Assembly (NCBI GenBank): GCA_016283155.1
Contig: JAEEMI010000025.1
Span: 802 to 64,801 of the forward strand
DNA from: Clostridia bacterium
GTDB lineage: Bacteria; Bacillota; Clostridia; Christensenellales; UBA1242
Direction of reading: 5' to 3'
Length of the DNA stretch: 64,000 bases
In this document: one piece after another, positions 9,678 to 21,800 of the stretch
Layout of the letters: each line of letters opens with the position of its first letter
Position numbering within the stretch: the stretch's first letter is position 1
The notes under the pieces: model-generated
Told to the model about the DNA's origin: nothing
Databases searched by the model: none
Seen by the model: the letters and a program-made list of their open reading frames with translations, nothing else
Made by a program: the position numbers and the translations under genes

Positions 9678-9707
9678 AAAAACTCAATCAATTAAGGTTG
9701 AGTTTTT
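9678..9707. terminator. Bidirectional intrinsic terminator
   Basis: AAAAACTCAATC-AATTAA-GGTTGAGTTTTT between convergent tRNA-Met and NUDIX gene. Confidence 0.75.
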
Positions 9708-10257
9708 ATTTGCAAATAATTTCATCTAAAAGGTTAAATAATTTTTGATACTCAGCATTCCAAGAAAAAACGACTTCACTACTATTATTTTTTACCATTT
9801 CTTTCAATTTGTTATAATCAAGATATAATACTTCGGATAATTCTTCTTTTTGTATTTTCAATTCATTAATTGGAATATATTGTAAAATATAATAATGATG
9901 TGAAAAACAATAATTGTTAGGTTCGGTTCTTTTAATTGTTACTATTTTTTTTACTCCATATTGTTTAATATCAACACCAATTTCTTCTTTTGCTTCTTTT
10001 TGCAACGCAACTAACAAAGTTTCGTTTCCTACTACATGTCCAGCACATAAAGCAAGTTTATTAGGGTTTTGTTTCTTATTTGGACTTCGTCTTTGCAGTA
10101 AAACTCTCTGATTCGCTTTATCAATAACCCACAATGCAACTTCATTATGGTACATTTTATTAGCGTGAACAATGCTACGCTTTTCAAACCTACCAGTGGG
10201 TTCACCATTTTCATTAAGCACTTCTAAAAGTTCATCATCTTTATCGGCAATTAGCAT
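9706..10257 (-). CDS. NUDIX hydrolase, IPP-isomerase-like subfamily
   Basis: LLQRRS..K..NP, Nudix box GHVVGNE..VALQKEAKEEIG, QKEELSEV; start set to ATG 10257 after AGAGGT SD. Confidence 0.8.
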   Translation of the reverse strand: MLIADKDDELLEVLNENGEPTGRFEKRSIVHANKMYHNEVALWVIDKANQRVLLQRRSPNKKQNPNKLALCAGHVVGNETLLVALQKEAKEEIGVDIKQYGVKKIVTIKRTEPNNYCFSHHYYILQYIPINELKIQKEELSEVLYLDYNKLKEMVKNNSSEVVFSWNAEYQKLFNLLDEIICK

Positions 10258-10292
10258 AACTAAACCTCTATTTTTAGCATAGCATATTAATT

Positions 10293-11099
10293 TTAATTTG
10301 AAAAAGATTTTGTTTTTATGTCTAGATAACATTTCGACAACGTCGTATTTGACGAACATTCCAACAACCACTGTTCCAAATCGGATTCGTAAAAAATTTG
10401 GTTGTTTTTATCGGTAATCACAAATTCGGTTGGATGTTTCTTATTAATCATTTTATAAGCATTAAACAAAGTGGTATTTGATAGAACAGCACAACGCACA
10501 AATTGACCGGTTTTTGATTGATTACGATAAGTAAATTTATCAAAATATAATGATTGTTTATATTCCCAATTGATTTGAATCAAAATCATTATCGCAAAAC
10601 ATGTCCACCACCAATTTTGTAAAAAAAGTGCCACAATTAAAATAAACGCAAACACAATATCTGACCATAGAAATATAATCTTCGCTTGAATATATTGTGC
10701 CAAAATTTTACCACCATCCAGTGGATAAATCGGTAATAAATTAATCACACCAACAAGAAAATTAGCCGCCACTAAATATTCAAGATAACCAAAGATTACT
10801 GGAAAAAGCCAAACCATGACGCCAAACAACAAACTAAATAATAAACTAACAACTGGACCAGTTAAATAAATTACACACTTTTGCTGAGACGTAAGAATTC
10901 TAGTTTGTATTTTTAATGCTCCTCCGAACGGCGTCAATGTAATACGTGATACAACTGCTCCGTAATGTTTTGCCATCATCGCGTGTCCAAGTTCGTGTAA
11001 AATGACAGCGGAAATTAGTGCCAATAAAAAATCCGTAGCAGTAAAAACAATCGCAACAATAACAGTTAGAATAAACAATGGATGAATTAACAGACGCAC
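10293..11099 (-). CDS. spoIVFB: M50 intramembrane metalloprotease, SpoIVFB-like
   Basis: IHPLF, HELGH, PFGG, GP, NLLPIYPLDGG. Confidence 0.75.
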   Translation of the reverse strand: MRLLIHPLFILTVIVAIVFTATDFLLALISAVILHELGHAMMAKHYGAVVSRITLTPFGGALKIQTRILTSQQKCVIYLTGPVVSLLFSLLFGVMVWLFPVIFGYLEYLVAANFLVGVINLLPIYPLDGGKILAQYIQAKIIFLWSDIVFAFILIVALFLQNWWWTCFAIMILIQINWEYKQSLYFDKFTYRNQSKTGQFVRCAVLSNTTLFNAYKMINKKHPTEFVITDKNNQIFYESDLEQWLLECSSNTTLSKCYLDIKTKSFSN

Positions 11100-11108
11100 A
11101 ACAAAAAT

Positions 11109-11933
11109 TTATGCATTTTGCGTTAAATTTAGAAATAGTTGTGGATTTTCCAACAAAGTACCAGCACCTAACAATGTTGCATTTTCTTCGTCATTAGCAA
11201 TCATCGTTTGCAGTTGTAAACTCCAATAAACGGCTTCAGTTAAACCACGAATTTTGGCACCAGTTCCACCAAATAAAACTCCAGTATTTAAAATTTGACG
11301 CATAACTTCAGCACTAGCCTGCGGTAACAAGTGATTAATTGCACCAATAATCTGCGCATAAAGAGGATAAATAACTTCGCGAATTTGTTCGGCTTTTAAA
11401 ATAAATTCAGGGAATTTAGCAAAGCGTGTATCATTTTTCAGTAATGATGCAACTTCATTGAATATACCATAAGCAGTTTCATAGCTGATTTCAATATTAA
11501 ATTTTTCGGCAACCAAATTCATAATAGCTTCAATACAATTATCAACACCAACATCAAGGATTCCGCTATACAAGATTTTTTCACCTAAAATAATTGCTAA
11601 GTCCGTAGAAGTGTCACCGATTACTACCGACATAACCGGAATTTGTTCAGTAAAAGGATAACCGAAATATGATGCCAGCGCAATTGTTGGTTGAATATAA
11701 ACCAAATCCGAGAATCCAGCATCATACAAAATCGCTTTTTCACAAGCAACACGTTCTTCAGTTTCACCAGGTGCACCGACAACAGCAATCTTTTTTTGTT
11801 CCTGATCGTTTAGAATTTTTTTAATCTTACTTTTTAAATTATCGTCGATTTCTTCATTAAAAATAATCCCCAAGCCGCGTTTGTACAGCCGAAGATTATC
11901 GTGATTAAAATCTGCAACAATTTCAATAGGCAC
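11109..11933 (-). CDS. Degenerate MreB/Mbl-like actin-fold protein
   Basis: AP..TEERVA..KAI..AG, VVIGDTSTDLAII, I...V.EKFNI.I..ETA, GVLFGGTGAKIRGL, LLGAG..LE. Confidence 0.65.
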   Translation of the reverse strand: MPIEIVADFNHDNLRLYKRGLGIIFNEEIDDNLKSKIKKILNDQEQKKIAVVGAPGETEERVACEKAILYDAGFSDLVYIQPTIALASYFGYPFTEQIPVMSVVIGDTSTDLAIILGEKILYSGILDVGVDNCIEAIMNLVAEKFNIEISYETAYGIFNEVASLLKNDTRFAKFPEFILKAEQIREVIYPLYAQIIGAINHLLPQASAEVMRQILNTGVLFGGTGAKIRGLTEAVYWSLQLQTMIANDEENATLLGAGTLLENPQLFLNLTQNA

Positions 11934-11939
11934 AAAACT

Positions 11940-11968
11940 ATTATAACTAAATATTTGATAAATTGCAA
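11940..11968 (-). promoter_or_regulatory. sigma-A promoter of mreB-like gene, leaderless geometry
   Basis: TTGCAA-17-TATAAT, 6 nt before GTG. Confidence 0.8.
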
Positions 11969-11969
11969 A

Positions 11970-12374
11970 TTATCTTTTTGAGAATTGCGGAGCACGACGT
12001 GCTTTTTTCAAACCATATTTCTTACGTTCTTTCATACGTGGATCACGTGTCAAGAAACCAGCCTTTTTCAATTCTGCTTTAAAGTTAGCATCTTCTTTAA
12101 CCAAAGCACGAGCAATACCGTGACGGATGGCACCAGCTTGACCAGATAAACCACCGCCATTAACGTTAACAATTGCATCAAAAGTTTTTACATCCAACAA
12201 TGCAAATGGTTGGTTAACAGTTAAACGCATAAAACCATCACCAAAATAATCTTCCAAAGATTTATCGTTGATGATTACTTTACCTGTACCTTTAACCAAA
12301 CGTACACGAGCAACACTGGATTTACGACGACCAGTGCCCAAAGTTTGTGCTGCTGCATTTTTCTTTACTGCCAT
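11970..12374 (-). CDS. rpsI: 30S ribosomal protein S9
   Basis: [41 protein letters not shown]. Confidence 0.98.
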   Translation of the reverse strand: MAVKKNAAAQTLGTGRRKSSVARVRLVKGTGKVIINDKSLEDYFGDGFMRLTVNQPFALLDVKTFDAIVNVNGGGLSGQAGAIRHGIARALVKEDANFKAELKKAGFLTRDPRMKERKKYGLKKARRAPQFSKR

Positions 12375-12376
12375 AA

Positions 12377-12829
12377 TTAGTTTGCCTTCCCTTTAATATC
12401 AATTTTGCGTGGTTTTTGTGCTTCATGTGGATGTTCCGCATTATTATATACTTTTAATTTTTTGAACATTTCACGTCCCAAAGAATTCTTTGGCAACATA
12501 CCTTTAATTGCGTGTTCAATTACCCAAGCAGGATTTTTGGCCATTGCTTCTTTTGCTTGAGTATATTTATCACCACCAACATAACCACTATAACGGAAGA
12601 AATATTTATCGGTCATTTTCTTACCGGTAAAGATTGCCTTTTCCGCATTAACAATAATTACATAATCACCAGCATCACTGTGTGGTGTGTAAGTTGGTTT
12701 GTGTTTGCCGCGCAAAATTAAAGCGACACGGCTGCAAAGACGACCAACTGGCATACCAGCAGCGTCTACCAATAACCATTCACGTTTGGTATTTTGTTTG
12801 TCTGCAAAAAATGTTTTTTGTGCTATCAT
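12377..12829 (-). CDS. rplM: 50S ribosomal protein L13
   Basis: W.LVDA...[30 protein letters not shown]; start set to ATG 12829. Confidence 0.97.
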   Translation of the reverse strand: MIAQKTFFADKQNTKREWLLVDAAGMPVGRLCSRVALILRGKHKPTYTPHSDAGDYVIIVNAEKAIFTGKKMTDKYFFRYSGYVGGDKYTQAKEAMAKNPAWVIEHAIKGMLPKNSLGREMFKKLKVYNNAEHPHEAQKPRKIDIKGKAN

Positions 12830-12837
12830 ATTTGATA

Positions 12838-12866
12838 AGTATAGACACTCATGCACATTTTGTCAA
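12838..12866 (-). promoter_or_regulatory. sigma-A promoter of rplM-rpsI, leaderless geometry
   Basis: TTGACA-17-TATACT, 8 nt before ATG, no SD. Confidence 0.8.
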
Positions 12867-12873
12867 ATACTAT

Positions 12874-15800
12874 TTATTTTACGATACGACTCTTTTTGTG
12901 CACTCTTTCTTCCTTAAACATACTTAAATTAATAGGTTTAATACGTCGACGCATGGTAATGTAAACAGCTAATGAAGCAAATGTAGCGATGACACCAGCA
13001 CCTAAGATAACGAACATTGTCATATATTCAGTCCAAGTATTAACCTTGCCAATTTTGTCTTCTTTTTCTGTTGGTTTTTCTTCAACAGTTTTTGCACCAA
13101 GTCCATAAGTCATCATTCCAGTTGGGGTCATTGTTAATGTCTTGTTGCCATATTCTTGCACCCATTCGTTATAGCCTTCACGATAACTATTAATTGTTGC
13201 TGTATCCATACCAGACAATGCCATATATGCTTTAGCTCCAACGGCAACCATACCTGAATTATTAATAGTATTACCCTTGTCGTCCTGGAATACGCACTGA
13301 ATACCTTTATCGGTTTGACTTGCCAAAATAGCAACAAATATTACATCGCGGGTTGCAGTCATATTTAAATCGTATTCACGGTCTTTCCATTGTTCACCAT
13401 TGATACCATCATCTAATGTCCAATCAACCTTTGCAGCATACCAACCTTTAATATAATAATTACCAAATAACGTTGACCAGAATTGATTATGATGTTCGTC
13501 TTCAATTACTTGTGGCAAAGTAATCAACGCATTTTGTGCAACAAACGCACCTGTTTCACGGTTTTCATAATTTGCAGCATTGAACCATTGTCCTTTATCA
13601 CGAGCCATACGATAGATTGTCATACCGTCAGTGATTACCCAATCAACGATAAATTTAACATCTTTTGTAGTGAAGAAATTAGCATAGAAAGTCTTTGATG
13701 AGTTTTCACGATAATATGCACCACTTGGATAATTGTCGCCATTGTTCGAATTCCAACCATTTGCAACTAATGGTTCATTATTATCTGACATTTTTTGATA
13801 AACATTTTCTTCTAACAAATAATCGACACCGTGCCACTTCCAGTAATCTGATGGAGCACTTACATTTGCTGGAAGTGTTGCGCCATTACCACTATATTGA
13901 ATGTGATAAACTTCATATAGCCATACTGTCATTTCGTGTTCAGCCAATCCACGATAATAATAAACATAGTTTTCTTCTTCTAACCAATCAACTTCAATAT
14001 TTTTACGGTTTTCCAAGTTAACATAATAAGCATCAACACTTCTGTAGTAACGACTGTTGTTAGTATTAATAGTTTGAATACGAAGTACAGCACCACCATT
14101 AAGACCAGTTGAATTAACATCGTCAAAAACACAGAATAAACCATCACCACTATTATTAACCCAACCCTCGTGTCTGAATTGTTCTGGCGTATCATCATAA
14201 AGCATTGTACCTGTAAAATCGATCCAAGCACGAACATATGGCAAAGCGCTATAGCTATTTTCAGGCATTATAATATAAACGGAACGATCCTCTGTAATTT
14301 GTACTTCATCATAAGCACCATCTTGAGTATATGGATAGAAATTTGGATCCAAGTTTTCACTATCTTGAACAATAACCCTAAACTGATATGTACCCAAAGT
14401 TAAGATTTGATTATTCCACGTACGCCAAACTTCATTACGGTTATAATTATCAAACATACGATATTCAAATCTTGAGTGTTCAGTAAACTCAGTTTTTAAA
14501 TCGTCAGAATATTCATCACTGATTTCCACCGAAACACGGTTAGTTTGTTGATTATAGACAGCACGAACTGCGCCTGAATGCAAGGAAATTGCTCCAATTG
14601 TAACAGTAAATGAACCAGTTTCAGGAATATTACCAGCAAAATCAAATATTTTTGAATTATAGCACAAACGATAATAAATCGTATATTCACCTCGATCTTT
14701 TGCTTGAATATTATCCCTTACCCAATTTTCTTGCCCTGCGATGCAATATTCAAAATATGGGATATTTTCTTCATTAAAACCATCATAGAAGTCAACAGAT
14801 GTAGTAGGTGTATTAATCAAGTTTAGTGGTTCTGCTTTATACATTAAATTATACATCGCACTAGGTGCCGTACGAATTGATAAAACGTGTTTTTCCACTA
14901 GAACTTCCAAACGTGTACCCATTGATGGATCATTATTTTGTGGTCCGGTGAACACGTTATTATCATCAACAAACACATAATAGTAAACATCCCACAAACC
15001 AACTGCATCCACAATTGGAATATCTTCATCCCAATAACGGCCCAAAGTACCTGGAATTTCAGTTGTATAATAAACACAAACGCCTAAACCATTTTCAACA
15101 TTCAAACGACCAGATACTAAAGCTACAGCTTCGTAACCAATACCATCATAACGTAAACCATAACGTGATTTTGGTGTTTCTTCCCACCAAATCTTACGTT
15201 TAGCAATTTCAATCGTTAAAGTATTATCAATGGTATATTGTGCAGTAGATGTATGGTAGTTACCGGAATAATTTTCACTTTGTGTATCGACCCTAACTTC
15301 ATATTGAATGTAATATATACCAGCATTGATGCGTCCTGGTAATTTTTCACTCTCACCACCTTTCCAGGTGTATTTACCCAATCTAGTATCATAATAATAG
15401 AAATATTTACCAGTTAATGCATCTCCGTTTGCATCTACATACCAGAATGCAATTTCAACACCTTCTAATGCTGTACCATTACCATTTTCGAAAGTGAATA
15501 ATTGACCATATGAAATCAAATCTTGTTCTTTTTCGTTATAAATTAGGTTTAATTTAGCCGCAGGTTTTCTCTGTAAACCATAATTTGAATCGCTAGCATC
15601 CCGAGGATCAATATAAACATTAATTTGTTCAATGTACTGTTCCCAATCCCAATTTTCGTCTGGTAAAACACTGTAATATACATTATAACCAGTCGCATCC
15701 ATACCAGTAATTGTACCGACGAAATCCAAAATGCCCCATTCACTATTCCATTCACCAAAGCCGTAACGATATTGGATTGTTGTACCAATTGCATCATAGT

Positions 15801-18800
15801 ATTCACCTGTCCATTGTTTATTGATTGAATTGAAATATGTTTCAGAATAATAGTAACCAGTTGGATGAAATTTAACTACCGGAGCACTATATAACAAATC
15901 TTGCGCAGCACCAGTATAAATTCGACGCGCTTGAACATTATCACCATAATATCCTGGATTAACTGTATATGCAAGTTCTGCCTTGGCAATTGTAATTTTG
16001 CCATAATAACCAAAATATTCGTTAATGTTATCACTACCTGATACGTTAAGCCACAAATAGTAATCACCTGCATTCATACCTTGCACATTGATATCGCTTA
16101 AGTCATTAGTCCAATTCGTTGGTCGGTCATTACGTGTAGCACCTGTACCCAATCCCCAAAGAACAACAATATTTTCGTTTAAAGAACTGATGTTAACATC
16201 TTCCACACCATTATTAATTTTAATTGTTAATTTGCCTTCACTATTCGGTGTTCTTAAATCAGCCAAAACTTGATTTTGCGCAATGTATGATAATCCTTCG
16301 TGCAACACGATACCAGAGAAATCATTACGATTATCATTCTTCAATAATGTTGCTTTGCTAATAATTGCAAATTCAGTTGATGAATAACATTTAATATAGT
16401 CAGCAACATTACCAGTACCCTCAACTTTAACCCAAATATAATAATCATTAGCATTGATTGCTTTTAAATTCGCTAAATCATCTTCATCAATCCAGGTTAA
16501 TGGAGCCACTGTTGCATCATTAGAATATCCATATTGAATTTTAGTATAATCAGTGCCTACAACAAGTTGTGCACCATTAGTGCCATTAGTGTTCTTAAAA
16601 TGTTGAATAAGTTTTTTAAACTCACCACCATTCTTTTCAATTAAAGTGTATGCAGAACCGTTATAGTCATTAGCTGTAAAAGTTAATCCACTTAAATTTA
16701 TACCATTAATACCAGCTTGAGCAATTGTTACTGAACCGACATAACGTGGGTTAACTTTGGTATGACTACGGCCCTCAGCAAATTTAACCCATACATAGTA
16801 TGTATCAGCGTATGTTTGTTTTAATTGATCTTTATTAGTATTCCAATCTTCATCTGCTACAGCATTAATATCAATCATATCTGGTGCCAGTAAACTAATA
16901 TAGTAAGATGCTGTTCCTTTTGGCAGTTCAAGATCTAAAGTTGTATTATTGGTACGCAATTTAATAATTGCACTGGTTTTAATTAAAGTCTGCGCAGTGC
17001 CATTATATGTTCTATCATAGAAAGTTGGCATTTCAATCACAATGTTTTGTTCATCAGCAAGAGTAATTTCCGCATTATTAAACAATTCATAAATTAAACC
17101 ATCAGCAACAATGTTGTTCGATGAAACAACCAATTTTACTTCTAATTTATAGATACCAACTGATTTTGCCTTGGTTTCAGCAAAGGTATTCCATTCATTT
17201 GGATTTTCACCTTCTTTAGTGAGGCGGTATTTGACTTCATTCCAATTAATTTCATTTGAAAGATTGTAACGATTATTTTTAATGGCAACAGTTAAATCAC
17301 CAACTGCTAGCGTTTGGTAATCACCGTTATACATTTTAGTTAACTTTGAAATTCCAGTAACACTTAAATCACTTGCGGTAGCTTGTTCAATTGCAATGCG
17401 TTCGCCTGATAAACATACAGTAAACGTTTCAAAGTTACTGTCATCATCGCTAACAAACTTAATCCATAAATAATAGTCACCTTTCTGAGTTTTAGCCAAT
17501 GTTAAATAGTTTGTATGCCAATCCGTATTTTCGTCTGGTTCCTCAGTTGCACTATTGGTTAATGCATAATAGATTGTACCGATGTAATCATCTTCATTAC
17601 GTTGATTGTAAGTATTTGAAACCCCGGTTCCCTCTCCATTACGTTTTTGAATTTCAACAACTAGATTTACACTACTTACCAAGTTTTGTTCGAAACCATT
17701 ATAGTGGTAATAATTCCCTTGATTATCTTTTTGGGCGGTATAAGTTGAATTATTTAATCGAACCGAATTTTTACCTGCACGCGTTATCGTAATCTTACAA
17801 TTTGCAAAACATTGTATTTTTGCATTATGGTTATCACCAGCATTAACTTTAATCCAAGGATAATAGGTGCCAATTTGACGAATTTTTACGTCGTGATAAT
17901 CTGATTTCCAATCAGAAGGTTCTTTATTTGGATCTGTCGAAACTGCATATTCAATTGAACCCATATTACCACAAACACTGCTACTGTTGGTAATTGGAGC
18001 ACCACCAAGGGTCAAAACAGTAGTGTCACTGCCGTGTTGTAATAATTTAAAGGAACCATTACCAGTGAAAACATTATAATCTGCTGACTGATAAACGAAA
18101 CTTTTTTCACCCGTTGCTGGTGCATTAATTAAAATCTCTACTTTCTTAATTTCAACTGTAATGCACATTACAGTTGAAGTATCTTCAACAATATTATCAC
18201 CAACATCGCTTAAATCAGGTTTAAAGAACAATGTATAAACACCAACATTGGTTTTGGTAAGATGAGCATCGTTATATTCATAATAAACATCCGGATCAGT
18301 GCCATCCCAACGATAAAGCAATGGAAGTTCAGCAACACCACCGCTAACCAAGGTAACTCTTGCCGACCCCTGCTTGACGATATCATTATTATCTTTGGCC
18401 AAATAATCACTCATATAGATTGGGCTACCGGTATAATAGACATTATTATCGGCTACAGGCATACGATCAGAAGTGATGGTCGCATTGGTTGGACTGATAA
18501 CCACACTGACAAACGGATATGCACTGTCATTCATCGTTTGAGTATTAAAGACACAGACACTATTTTCATCATTATATGCCGCACCACGATAATAAACTTT
18601 ATAGTTACCAGCATCGCGTGCCTTAATCTGACTTGCATCTGTTGTCCAGTTTACTTTTGGTGTAGATTCTCCATCTTTTACTAATTTATATTCGACCAAT
18701 GGAGCAACCTGTGCGCTAGCACTAATCAATACTTGTTCATTGGTATTATCAGTAATTAAGCCCGTGTTTGCAACCGGAGCAATGAGTGCAAACGAAGTTG

Positions 18801-21800
18801 TTGCAATGATTTTTGCCGTATCCAGTTTGATATAATTTGTTGCACTAACATTATCATCATTAATCACCAATTTTAACCATAAATCATATGTTGCAACATT
18901 AGTTTGTTTAGCGGCTTCAATGGAAGTTACCCATCCAGTTGTACTATCGTTTACAGTAGATGCTGTGGTTAATAAATACTGATGTGATTCAATTGAAGAA
19001 TAACTTGCATTTTTAACTTTAACTGTTGGAACTGCATTGGTTTTAAATAATGATTGTTCAACGCCAACATATTTTTTCTGGGTTTCATTAAATGTATATT
19101 TAAATTCATATTGTTTATTAGCATTAATTGATGCAGCCGGTGTGTTGGATAATACAACAGATGAACTATTAACCCCTAGTGTTAATTTAGAAACTGTAAA
19201 ACGTACTTTCTCGTCGGCATTAATTTGATAAACTTTTGAACCAGCTGCAACATTATCATTTCCGTTCCAAATAATCCACAAATAATAAGTTCCAGCAGTT
19301 TTTACTACTAAATTGGCATAATCGGCCATTGTATATTGTGTACCACTCATTGCCGAGCTACTCTTGCAGATACAAATTTTGAAAGAATTTGAGGCTGCAA
19401 AATCTGCTGCAAGGTTTGTAGTTGACGAACCATTAGTTACGCTAACGGTTGGTGCTGCTGTTGCATTAATTACTTTTTGATTAGCATTACTGAATGTAAA
19501 TTTATGTGTTTTATAGCCACTAGCAACGGTAGCAGCAGACTTAGGAGAATTAAAATCAATTCCCGAGAAATATGTTGTACTAAAATTCTTTAATTGTGAA
19601 ATTGTGAAACTACCATAAACACGTCCGGCACTGGCTGCAATGTTAGCGCTTGCTTCCCATTTTACCCACAAATAGTAAGTACCAACATTGGTTTGTTTGC
19701 TTAATGCAGCAACGCTTGATTTCCACTCGTTGGTAACGGTTGGCGCGGTCGAACCATCGGTGTTAACCGCATAAGAAATCGTGCCCAATGCAATATTACT
19801 GGTCAAACTTAATGTACCAGTGGCAACTGCGTGTTCATTGCCATCATAAACCAACGAACTCGTCATAGTAATACCAATTAATTCACTGTTAGTAACTGTA
19901 TAACCAGCCACATTGATTGTGGCAACTTTAAATTCGACAGCATCTGTCAAACTGTTGTGTTGTTTGACTTTAAACCACAAATGCCATTTTCCACTCTTGT
20001 TAACAGTTAAGGCTTTAATTGCATTATTTAAACTAGCGGCCGTATTTGTATCGGTATAAGTTTTTGTTCCATTTTCATAGACAAAACAATAACTAAGTTG
20101 GTTATAATTTCCGTCGTTATTGGACGAAATTCCGTTGAATTCAGTTTCACCATTAATTTTCAAACTAATTGATTGAGTTTTATTAAATGGGCTAGCTTCT
20201 CCACTTGTGCCATTAATTGTGATTGATTGAGTGTCCCCAGTGAATTCTAAGCCGGTAACTTCAATTCCAGTAGTTGAACTTGATTTAGCAATGATAAATG
20301 CTGAGATCAAGGTTTTTGCTGATGTTTTAGAATTAATTTGTGCAGAATTCTTGTTAGGTGCCCAAGTTGCTGTCAATGTATAAGTACCCGCATCTAATGC
20401 TAAATTAACTTTAGTATAATCGGTGTTTTCTGTCGTTTTTGTCGTACCATTGAATCCAACGTAACTTAACTTATATGTTACAGTAATCCATTCTGGAAGT
20501 GCGGTAGAATCCGAGGCAATAATCGGAGTACCCGCAAAAATTTGGTGAGCAACACCATCATACGTCGGACTAACGTTTTCTTTCACGGTAACATCGTAAG
20601 TGGCTTTTGCAATTTTTGCCAAAATATTACCAGCCTTAGTCCAACCTTTAGCAGCAAAAGAAGTGGTAGCTTCAGAACGATAATACAAGTAATAACCACA
20701 TTGTGTTGTGCCATTACTATAGTAAGCATTTTTTCCAGTTAAAGTACTGATATCGGTATTACCAACAGCTTCAACACCGTTTTCGTCATTACCATTCCAG
20801 TTGTTTGATGTCGAAACATAATAGTAAATTGTTGCGGTTTCAACACCACCATTGGTTTGTCCTTTACCAGTAAATAATTGCATTGGACTTCCGGTATACA
20901 CCAAACCAGTTTTTGCTGCTAAACTACCTATTGCTAAAGTACCATCAGCTTTACCAATGGTCACTACGAAACTTGCGACTTCAGTACTGGAATAACAATC
21001 ATCAGTTCCGTCAATGTACCAACTAATGGTATAGGAATCAACGGCTTTAGCTTTTAATGCATCTGGCATTGTGGTAACTTCCTTCCATTCGCCACTATTT
21101 AATCTGTATTTTAAGACACCATATTGCGCATTAACCGAACCAAGGTCGAATAATGTCAATAAAGCACCAGTATATTTTAACCCAGTCTTTGCCCTGGGCG
21201 CAGTGTAACTTTCTGCCGGAATTACTTGCAAGCTGATTGAGACTGGCGATTGTAAGGTATAACGTTCAGTATCGGCAAAACTCTTGTTACCGGCAGCATC
21301 CACACCACCCAAAACATAATATTCGATTACATATGAATGACCACCGTTTAAGCCCCTAATCGCATTGGGGTCACTGGTCCATTTACCATTATTATCCGCT
21401 ACTCCATTGTCGTTGAAACGTACGTTTGGATGGTCAGCATCAACTGTGGTTGGGTTAGTTAATGGCGTACCATTAGCACTACACGGGTCAAGGTATGAAC
21501 TGCTGAATGCATCTTTAACGCGGTATAAAATTGTACCACCATAACTTTGTCCGCCTTTTTTAATTAATGTTTGGTACGTACCATCATAAACCAAATTAGG
21601 TTCACCGGTCGGTTCTCCATTATCAAGAATTTTCGCCGTAGCAGTGGTAATGCTTGCCGTGAAATATCCCGCCGGATCAAGATCGTTATAACCGGCAGCA
21701 CCAACAACTTTATATTCAATTGTATAGGTACCGATATTGGTCGCCACAATTGTTGTGGCATCGTTAGTCCAATTACCACCGACAAATCGGTACCACAACG

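Noticed and set aside
10333-10356. Two TGNCGAA Spo0A-like boxes upstream of the NUDIX gene
   Set aside because: They lie inside coding sequence and are compatible with chance
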